DNA of 33,920 nt from an uncultured Chloroflexota bacterium (GTDB lineage: Bacteria > Chloroflexota > Limnocylindria > Limnocylindrales > CSP1-4): assembly GCA_903930745.1 (NCBI GenBank), contig CAIYZX010000181.1:1-33920 (forward strand), read 5' to 3'. Positions within the stretch are counted from its first letter, which is position 1; every line of letters begins with the position of its first letter. Below, piece after piece: positions 27,037-33,920 of this stretch. Under the pieces are notes generated by a model. The model searched no databases, had not been told where the DNA came from, and saw nothing but the letters and a program-made list of their open reading frames with translations. Both the position numbers and the translations under genes were made by a program.

Positions 27037-27936
27037 ATGACCCACGACCTTCGCGCCGTGCTCGGTCCCACGGGGATCTGGGCGGCCCTCGACGGCATCC
27101 CCACGAACGAGGTCCTCCGCTTCGCGGTCGAGGTGGAGGCGATGGGCCATACCGCTCTCTGGATCAACGAGGGCAGCGGTCGGGAACCATTCGCCGTCCT
27201 GGGCGCCCTGGCTGTCTCCACCAGTCGGATCACCCTGGGCCTGGGCATCGCCACGATCCATGCTCGCGATGCCACCGCCGCGCATGGCGGAGCGAGGACC
27301 GTCAACGACCTGAGTGGTGGCCGGTTCGTGATGGGACTGGGCGTCTCGCACAGGTCGTCGGCCAGCGCCCGCGGGCACGACTACGCGGCACCCCTGCCCG
27401 CCATGCGCACCTACCTGGACGCGTACGAGGCGGCCCCGTGGACCGGTCCTGCGGCAGCTGACCCGCCACTTGTGATCGCCGCCCTGGGGCCCCGGATGCT
27501 CGCCCTCGCCGCGACACGCACATCCGGCGCCTTCCCCTACAACGTCACCGAGGCGATGGTCGCCGATGCTCGCCGGACATTGGACGAGGCGGCAGCCACC
27601 GCGGGCGCCACCGCACATCCCCTGCTCGTGGCCTCACTGCCTGCCGTGCTCGGCGACCCGGCGGAGGGCATCGCCGCGGGGCGCGTGCTGATCGGGCGGT
27701 ACATGGGCCAGCCCAACTACCGCAACAACCTGCTCCGGGCAGGGTTCCTGGAGGCCGACCTCGACGGGCCCTCGGACAGGCTGGTCAAGGCGCTCGTTGC
27801 ACTTGGCGATGCCGATGTGCTGCGCTCCCGTATCGCCGGCATGCATGCTGCGGGTGCCGACCACGTCGCGGTCATCCCTCTCGCGATGTCCGGGCGGCAG
27901 GCGGACCTGGCCACAGCCCGCGCGGTGGCTCCGTAG
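27037..27936 (+). CDS. LLM class oxidoreductase, probably F420-dependent (TIGR03620-like)
   Basis: ATG at 27037 after GGAG. Motifs GIATIHARD, GRFVMGLGVSH, PLPAMRTYLDA, AALGPRMLALA, PNYRNNL and AGADHV. Confidence 0.88.
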   Translation: MTHDLRAVLGPTGIWAALDGIPTNEVLRFAVEVEAMGHTALWINEGSGREPFAVLGALAVSTSRITLGLGIATIHARDATAAHGGARTVNDLSGGRFVMGLGVSHRSSASARGHDYAAPLPAMRTYLDAYEAAPWTGPAAADPPLVIAALGPRMLALAATRTSGAFPYNVTEAMVADARRTLDEAAATAGATAHPLLVASLPAVLGDPAEGIAAGRVLIGRYMGQPNYRNNLLRAGFLEADLDGPSDRLVKALVALGDADVLRSRIAGMHAAGADHVAVIPLAMSGRQADLATARAVAP

Positions 27937-27967
27937 GGCCCCCGGCCAATGGCCTCCCGGGCCGCGC

Positions 27968-28237
27968 TCAGCCCACCCGGTTCGTCCGCAGCCCCTTGAA
28001 TGCCCGGACCACGCCGGACACCGCGCGCTCGACGGCGAGCCGCTCGATCGACGAGGCGCCGAGGTAGCCGACCACGTCGGTGGTCTCGAGCACGCGTGCC
28101 ACCGACTCCGCGTCCTCGAACGGGCCGCCGTGGGCAACAACCAGCACGTCCGGGCGCACAGCCGTCGCCGCCTGGAACATCGCCTGGTGGCTGCGCACGC
28201 GGCATCAAGGTCCATCGTCGCCTGGGCGGCCGCCCCC
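27968..28237 (-). pseudogene. C-terminal remnant of a second PEP-hydrolase-like TIM-barrel gene (frameshifted, 5'-truncated)
   Basis: QAMFQAATAVRPDVLVVAHGGPFED...VGYLGASSIERLAVE aligns by eye to the C-terminus of 19245..20072. The upstream part (GAAAQATMDLDAACAAT) is in another frame and joins if one C is restored near 28186. The upstream boundary is approximate. Confidence 0.8.
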
Positions 28238-28423
28238 GGGAACGGCCCGCGCCGGCACGGCAGCATGCCGGACGCTGGGCTGGGGTCGGCGTCGCGATGA
28301 CAGTGCCGGGTGACCGGCGAACGAACGCCCATGCCACGACCCTGCCCCATCGCCCGCGTTGCCACTCCGACGACGACCGGGTGCCAGGCCCCGGCTCCGA
28401 CCGGCAGTCTGCCGCGCAACCCG

Positions 28424-28470
28424 TTGACCGCCACGCGGGTCTGTGCGTATGCTCGATTATCGATTGTCTA
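28424..28470 (+). promoter_or_regulatory. Sigma70-like promoter (TTGACC-18-TATGCT) with overlapping TCGATTATCGA operator, for the cupin-transketolase operon
   Basis: -35 at 28424-28429, -10 at 28448-28453, palindrome at 28453-28463 and a degenerate copy at 28460-28470. A further near-match (TCGATGATCAA) covers the start codon at 28520-28530. Confidence 0.8.
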
Positions 28471-28522
28471 GCCGCTCCCCCGCTCTCGGGGTCCGGCATC
28501 CCGCGCCAGCAGAGGTGCATCG

Positions 28523-28891
28523 ATGATCAAGCGCGTCGCCCGAGAGGACGCGGTCAAGGTTCCGCTCCCCGGTCGCGTCTGGAACTCCTACATCGCTCCC
28601 GGCGACGGCACGTCGGATCTCGTCTCGCTTGGCGTGTCGGTCTACCCCCCGGGGTCCCGCCCAAAAGGCCACGTGCATCCCGCCGAGGAGGAGACCATCT
28701 ACTGCGCCCGGGGTCGTGGCCGCATCGTGACCTCCCAGGGGACGGCGGACATCGAGCCCGGGGTCGTGGTGCACGTGCCGCCCGGCGTCTTCCATGCGAC
28801 CGAATCGGACGGCCCGGAGGAGATGGAGCTGCTGTGCCTCTTCACGCCCCCGGTCGTGTCGGGCTCGTATGAGAGGAAGGAACCCACGTGA
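28523..28891 (+). CDS. Cupin domain protein
   Basis: GAGG RBS. Motifs PKGHVHPAEEETIYC and VHVPPGVFHA. Coupled to the next gene (GTGA). Confidence 0.9.
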   Translation: MIKRVAREDAVKVPLPGRVWNSYIAPGDGTSDLVSLGVSVYPPGSRPKGHVHPAEEETIYCARGRGRIVTSQGTADIEPGVVVHVPPGVFHATESDGPEEMELLCLFTPPVVSGSYERKEPT

Positions 28892-29754
28892 GCCCCGAAC
28901 GATCCGAGATCGCGCGGCTCGAGGAGGCAGCCCGCCGGATCCGGATAGAGCTGGTGCGCGCCGTCAACCACGCGAGGGCAGGGCACCTCGGCGGCCCACT
29001 GTCGGCTGCCGACATGCTTGCCGCGCTCTACTTCCGGGTGCTTCGCATCCGGCCGGACGATCCCGCGTGGCCGGATCGGGACCGATTCATCCTCTCAAAG
29101 GGACATGCCTCGATCGCCCTGTACGCTGCCATGGCGCTGCGAGGCTACTTCCCGGTGGAGGAGCTGCTGACGTTCGATGCGGCACACTCACGCCTCCAGG
29201 GTCACCCGGACATGACTCGCCTGCCGGGCCTGGACATGTCCAGTGGCTCGCTGGGCATGGGCATCTCGGCTGCGATGGGGATCGCGCTGGGAGCCCGGCT
29301 GACCGCACGCGATGTCCGCTCGTTCGTGATGCTCGGCGACGGCGAGTGCCAGGAGGGCGAGGTCTGGGAGGCGGCGATGGCGGCCGCGCGCTACCACCTC
29401 GACAACCTGGTCGCCATCGTGGACCACAACAAGCTCCAGCAGTACGGCTGGCCCGGCGACGGACCCGACGGCCGGACGCCCCCGCAGGCCCCTGGCGAGA
29501 TGGCCGGCAAATGGGCCGCCTTCGGCTGGCGGGTGCTCGAGGTGGACGGCCACGACATGGCGGAGATCATGCGCACGCTCGATTTGGCCGTCCAGGGTGA
29601 CGGCAGGCCCACGGTCGTGATCTCGCACACGGTCAAGGGCAGGGGTGTCTCCTACATGGAGGGTCGCTACTTCTGGCACACCCGGGCGATCAGGCCAGAG
29701 GAGTTCGACCTCGCAATGGCCGATCTCGGCGCAGACGCGGGAGCCGGACGATGA
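28888..29754 (+). CDS. Transketolase-like enzyme, N-terminal (ThDP-binding) subunit
   Basis: GHLGG, DRFILSKGHA, LQGHP, GSLGMG, GDGECQEGEVWEA...DHN and TVKGRG. Confidence 0.95.
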   Translation: MSPERSEIARLEEAARRIRIELVRAVNHARAGHLGGPLSAADMLAALYFRVLRIRPDDPAWPDRDRFILSKGHASIALYAAMALRGYFPVEELLTFDAAHSRLQGHPDMTRLPGLDMSSGSLGMGISAAMGIALGARLTARDVRSFVMLGDGECQEGEVWEAAMAAARYHLDNLVAIVDHNKLQQYGWPGDGPDGRTPPQAPGEMAGKWAAFGWRVLEVDGHDMAEIMRTLDLAVQGDGRPTVVISHTVKGRGVSYMEGRYFWHTRAIRPEEFDLAMADLGADAGAGR

Positions 29755-30695
29755 CCCTGCCGATGGGTCGTCCGATGCGGGAGATCTTCGGCGAGACCGT
29801 GGCCGAGCTGGCCGAGACCGATCCCCGGATTGTCATGCTCGACGGCGACGTCGGGTCCTCAACGCGAGCGGACATCTTCGAGAAGGCCCATCCGGACCGC
29901 TACCTGCAGATGGGGATCGCCGAGCAGAACATGTTCGGCGTCGCGGCGGGACTCGCGACGATGGGCCTGATCCCGTTCGTCAGCACCTTCGTGGCATTCG
30001 CGGTGATCCGGCCCCTTGACCAGGTCCGGGTGCTCGTCGCACAGACCGGCGCCAACGTGAAGATCACTGCCGGGTATGCCGGCCTCTTCACGGGCCAGAC
30101 CGGGATGAGCCACATCATCGTGGACGACCTCGCGATCATGCGGGCGATGCCGGGCATGGTCTCGGTTGCCCCGGCTGATGCCGTCGAGGCCGCGGAGGCG
30201 CTGCGCTGGGCCGCAGCCCACGATGGCCCGTGCTACGTCCGCCTCGTCCGCGATGCCACGGCGCGCCTCTTCGACCAGTCGCATGCCTTCACCTTCGGCA
30301 AGGCGGAGATCGTCCGCGAGGGTCGCGATGTCACGCTCATCTCCACGGGATCCCAGACGCCACGCACCTTCGAGGCCGCGGAGATCCTGGCCGGCGACGG
30401 GATCGACGCCCATGTGCTCCACGTGGCGACGGTCAAACCGCTCGACACCGACGGCATCGTCGCGGCGGCGGCGAGGACCGGTCGCGTGATCACGGTCGAG
30501 GAGCACACGGTGCTCGGCGGCCTGGGCGGTGCAGTCGCAGAGGTCCTGGGCGAGCGACACCCGGTACGGGTCGACCGCATCGGGATCCAGGACTGCTACG
30601 TGCAATCCGGACCCAACGAGGCCCTCCTCGACATCTACGGGCTGTCGCCGCGCCGGGTGGCGGAGCAGGTGCGACGGATCCTCGCCAACGGTTGA
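29751..30695 (+). CDS. Transketolase-like enzyme, C-terminal (Pyr + C-terminal) subunit
   Basis: GIAEQNMFGVAAGLA, STFVAF, GPCYVRL, TVKPLD and VEEHTVLGGLG. Confidence 0.95.
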   Translation: MTLPMGRPMREIFGETVAELAETDPRIVMLDGDVGSSTRADIFEKAHPDRYLQMGIAEQNMFGVAAGLATMGLIPFVSTFVAFAVIRPLDQVRVLVAQTGANVKITAGYAGLFTGQTGMSHIIVDDLAIMRAMPGMVSVAPADAVEAAEALRWAAAHDGPCYVRLVRDATARLFDQSHAFTFGKAEIVREGRDVTLISTGSQTPRTFEAAEILAGDGIDAHVLHVATVKPLDTDGIVAAAARTGRVITVEEHTVLGGLGGAVAEVLGERHPVRVDRIGIQDCYVQSGPNEALLDIYGLSPRRVAEQVRRILANG

Positions 30696-30761
30696 TCCGG
30701 GCCCGTCCGGGCCATGGTCAACCGGGCGGGCCAATGCCACAGGCTGACGGCGCCGAGCGGA

Positions 30762-31433
30762 TCAGCCCATCCGCCCGGCGTCTCTCCAGCCCTCGGCCAG
30801 GTGTGCGGACGCCTCGTCGAAGTGATGCCGGAGCGCGGCCTCCACGGCGCCACTGTCGCGGAGGCGAAGGGCCGCGACGATCTGCGGGTGCAGATCGGCG
30901 GTCCATTGCGCGTCGGCACCGGGCGAGACGAGCGTGATGTACGTCCGCGAGAACGGCTCCAGGGAGCGCCACACACGCTCGAGCGTTCGATTGCCGGCGA
31001 GCGCGACCAGCCGCGCGTGAAACGCGGCATCCCTGACGGCCACCTCGTCCCGGTCCCCGGCCCTTGCCGCAGCCTGCATCGCGGCATGCGCCGCCTCGAG
31101 CTCGGCAAGGTCCTCGTCCGTCATGCCCGGCACGCCAAGCTGCGCAGCCAACGTCTCGAGATGGGCACGGACGGCATAGGCCTCGAGCAGCTCCGCGATG
31201 GACGGGCGACGGACACGGGCACCCCGGAACGGGTGGATCTCCACGACCCCGAGCGCCTCGAGGCCGCGTAGAGCCTCGCGCACCGGCGCCTGACTGGTGC
31301 CGAGGTCACGGGCGACGCGCGTCTCCACGATCCGGGAGTCCGGGGGGTAGCGGCCACTCAGGATGTCCTGCAGCAGCCGGTGCTTCACCTGGTCTGCGAG
31401 CACGCTTCGTGCGATGGAGTTGTCGTCACTCAT
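30762..31433 (-). CDS. GntR family transcriptional regulator (FCD subfamily), copy 2
   Basis: ATG at 31433 aligns with the copy 1 start. Motifs ETRVARDLGTSQAPVREAL, DAAFH and LEPFSRTYITL. Confidence 0.94.
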   Translation of the reverse strand: MSDDNSIARSVLADQVKHRLLQDILSGRYPPDSRIVETRVARDLGTSQAPVREALRGLEALGVVEIHPFRGARVRRPSIAELLEAYAVRAHLETLAAQLGVPGMTDEDLAELEAAHAAMQAAARAGDRDEVAVRDAAFHARLVALAGNRTLERVWRSLEPFSRTYITLVSPGADAQWTADLHPQIVAALRLRDSGAVEAALRHHFDEASAHLAEGWRDAGRMG

Positions 31434-31700
31434 AGAGGATCCAGCAGTGTTGAGCTTGGGCAGTTCACAGTGTGACATCGATGACCCATTACGCCCCCCC
31501 GAAATCCTCTCTGCGCGACGCGCCCGACCCTGGACATGCGATCACCCACACCGGGTTGCGTGCGGGTGAGAGCCTGCGCTCCGGCAGTTGGGGCTCATCG
31601 ATGAGGGCCACCGCCGGACCACGCCCGCCAGCACGGCCCCGCGAAGGCCCGGCAACAGCGTCGAGCGGAGCTCGAGGACCGCACCTGGCGCCCGGTCGCA

Positions 31701-33848
31701 CTAGGCGAGCTCGCGCTGGACGTTCAGGACGTCCTTGAGCGCCTCCACGCGCCCCATCACCTTGGCGAGCTGCGCCACCGACGCCACCTGGATGGTCATC
31801 GCCACCATGGCCGTGTGATCCGCGTGGACGCCCACGTTGGCGGACAGGATGTTGACCTTGTTCTCCGCCATGACCTGGGTGATGTCCGAGAGGAGGCCCG
31901 TCCGGTCGTACGCCTCCACCTTGATGGCGATGGGGTACGTCTGCGCCGGCGCGGACTCCCACTCCACCTCGATGAGGCGGGAGAGCTCCCGCTCGTGCAT
32001 CACGGTGGCACAGCTCTGCAGGTGGACGGTGATGCCCTTGCCACGGGTGATGAAGCCCTGGATCGCGTCACCCGGGATGGGATGGCAGCACTTGGCGAAC
32101 CGGACCAGGAGGTCCCCCACCCCCTTGACGCGGACACCACCGGTCCGGGCGGGCTGCGTGGGCGCCACCGTGGGCAGCGCGGCGTGGCCGTCGTCCATGA
32201 CGCCCAGGCGCATGACCACCTGCTGGGCGTTGATGGCGCCGTAGCCGATGGCCGCGTACAGGTCGTCCACGGACTCGTGCTGGTAGTGCTTCGCGATGTC
32301 CGTGATCCTGTCCAGGCCCACCGCCTGGATGCTGGTCCGCGCCAGGCGGCGGAGCTCGCGCTCCAGCGACTCGCGCCCGTGGACCACGTTCTCCGCCCGG
32401 TCCTTCTTCTTGAACCACTGGCGGATCTTCTCGCGGGCGTGCGACGTGCGAACCAGGTTCAGCCAGTCACGGGACGGGCCGTGCTCGCCCTTCGTGGTGA
32501 CCATCTCCACGATGTCGCCGTTCTTGAGCCGGTAGTCCAGCGGCACGAGGCGGTTGTTGACCTTGGCGCCGATGGTCCGGTGGCCAACGTCCGTGTGGAT
32601 CCGGTACGCGAAGTCCAGCGGCGTCGCACCTGCCGGCAGATCCTTCACGTCACCGCGGGGCGTGAACACGAAGACCTGGTCCTGGAAGATGTCGAGCTTG
32701 ATGCCCTCGACGAACTCGGTCGCATCGGACTCGCTGACGTCGCGCTGCCACTCCATGAGCTGGCGGACCCAGGCCAGCTTCGCGTCGTAGTCGCGGTCTG
32801 ACTTGGAGCCCTCCTTGTAGCGCCAGTGGGCGGCGATGCCCACCTCGCTCACCTGGTGCATTGAGTGGGTGCGGATCTGGATCTCGAGGGGCTTGCCGTC
32901 CAGCGCGATGACCGCGGTGTGGAGCGACTGGTAGTGGTTGTTCTTGGGGACGGCGATGTAGTCGTCGAACTGCCCCGGGATGGGCCGCCAGATGGAGTGG
33001 ACGATGCCCAGGGCGGCGTAGCAGTCGCGGACATCCTCCACGAGGAGGCGGATGGCGTAGACGTCGTAGATCTCGCCGAACTCCGCGCCCTTGCGCAGCA
33101 TCTTCTTGTGGATGCTGTAGATGTGCTTGGGGCGGCCCTGGAGCTCCGCGGTGACGCCGGAGGCCTCCAGCCGCGGCCGCAGCTCCTCGATGGCGCGCTC
33201 GATGTACGCCTCGCGGCCCTTCCGCCGGGTGTCCAGGAGCTTCGCGAGGTCGCGGAAGGCGTCCGGCTCCAGCGCCTTGAAGCTGAGGTCCTCAAGCTCC
33301 CACTTGACCTGCCAGATGCCCAGGCGCTCCGCGAGGGGCGCGTAGATCTCCATGGTCTGGCGGGCGATGCGGCGCTGCTTCTCCGGCTTGAGCGAGCCGA
33401 GGGTCCGCATGTTGTGGAGCCGGTCCGCGAGCTTGACGAGCACCACGCGGCTGTCGTCCGCCATCGCGAGGAACATCTTCCGGATGTTCTCCGCCTGCTG
33501 CTGCTCGTGGGTGTGGGTGCTGAACCTGGAAAGCTTGGTGACGCCGTCCACGAGATGGGCGATCTCTGGGCCGAATGCGTCCTCAACGTCCGCGAGGCTG
33601 TACTCGGTGTCCTCCGGCACGTCATGGAGCAGTGCCGCGGCCACCGCCGTGGGGTCCATGCCCAGCTCCGCGAGGATCTGTGCGGCGGCGATGGGATGCG
33701 TGACGTAGGGCTCACCCGATGCGCGAAGCTGGCCATCGTGTGCCTTGACGGCCAGGTCGTAGGCCTTCTCCACCCCGGTGAGGTCCGCCTGGGCGTGCTG
33801 GGCACGGAGCGCGGCCAGGAGGCGGCGGCGGAGCGCGTGCAGGTCCAC
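31701..33848 (-). CDS. rel: Long RelA/SpoT homolog, (p)ppGpp synthetase/hydrolase
   Basis: HDGQLRASGEPYVTHP, LLHDVPED, KLADRLHNMRTL, GRPKHIYSI, YQSLHT, EIQIRT, AAHWRYKEG, TGS (DFAYRIHT), AKCCHP and ACT (DRTGLLSDI). Confidence 0.97.
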   Translation of the reverse strand: MDLHALRRRLLAALRAQHAQADLTGVEKAYDLAVKAHDGQLRASGEPYVTHPIAAAQILAELGMDPTAVAAALLHDVPEDTEYSLADVEDAFGPEIAHLVDGVTKLSRFSTHTHEQQQAENIRKMFLAMADDSRVVLVKLADRLHNMRTLGSLKPEKQRRIARQTMEIYAPLAERLGIWQVKWELEDLSFKALEPDAFRDLAKLLDTRRKGREAYIERAIEELRPRLEASGVTAELQGRPKHIYSIHKKMLRKGAEFGEIYDVYAIRLLVEDVRDCYAALGIVHSIWRPIPGQFDDYIAVPKNNHYQSLHTAVIALDGKPLEIQIRTHSMHQVSEVGIAAHWRYKEGSKSDRDYDAKLAWVRQLMEWQRDVSESDATEFVEGIKLDIFQDQVFVFTPRGDVKDLPAGATPLDFAYRIHTDVGHRTIGAKVNNRLVPLDYRLKNGDIVEMVTTKGEHGPSRDWLNLVRTSHAREKIRQWFKKKDRAENVVHGRESLERELRRLARTSIQAVGLDRITDIAKHYQHESVDDLYAAIGYGAINAQQVVMRLGVMDDGHAALPTVAPTQPARTGGVRVKGVGDLLVRFAKCCHPIPGDAIQGFITRGKGITVHLQSCATVMHERELSRLIEVEWESAPAQTYPIAIKVEAYDRTGLLSDITQVMAENKVNILSANVGVHADHTAMVAMTIQVASVAQLAKVMGRVEALKDVLNVQRELA
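31703..31718 (+). repeat. Right copy of 16-bp direct repeat AGGCGAGCTCGCGCTG (putative island boundary)
   Basis: Identical to 5553-5568 and covers the last codons of rel. Confidence 0.7.
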
Positions 33849-33920
33849 GTGTGGGACATGCTGGACGACACCCGGCCCGCCCGACGCATCCGGGACGGCA
33901 ACCTCCGGCTCGGCAGCGTC

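Larger units (their letters stand above)
5570..31700. other. Accessory catabolic gene island (24 CDS + 1 pseudogene) inserted between MFS and rel
   Basis: Flanking 16-bp direct repeat, a shared operator motif throughout, and an interruption of the rel...hisS-aspS neighbourhood. No integrase is present. Confidence 0.7.

Noticed and set aside
1-33920. tRNA, rRNA, CRISPR array, IS or integrase
   Set aside because: None seen by eye: no spaced repeats, cloverleafs or recombinase/transposase motifs. An Infernal/tRNAscan run would be needed to exclude small RNAs.

Overview
High-GC bacterial DNA with a conserved housekeeping frame on the minus strand (rel/spoT ... hisS - holin/phosphodiesterase fusion - aspS, plus a divergent MFS gene). 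The style suggests a Terrabacteria lineage such as Chloroflexota, but this cannot be verified here. An ~26 kb accessory catabolic island (about 5570-31700; 24 genes plus one pseudogene) sits between the convergent MFS and rel genes. It is bounded by an exact 16-bp direct repeat at the 3' ends of those two genes. The island encodes an LIV/HAAT-type ABC importer, the Tm-1-like UPF0261 protein with its PEP-hydrolase-like TIM barrel, and a 'split' dikinase (a PpsA/RPH-like acceptor-His protein plus a PPDK lacking its pyruvate domain and fused to a winged-helix module). It also encodes an HPrK-like P-loop protein, a three-subunit xanthine-dehydrogenase-family Mo-hydroxylase, cyclase and MBL hydrolases, SDR, Zn-ADH and LLM oxidoreductases, two cupins, a split transketolase with an altered acceptor motif and two close GntR paralogs. 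Three sigma70-like promoters share one architecture and are each followed by a TCGATnATCGA palindrome, pointing to a single regulon for an uncharacterised degradation pathway. No rRNA, tRNA, CRISPR, integrase or transposase was seen.
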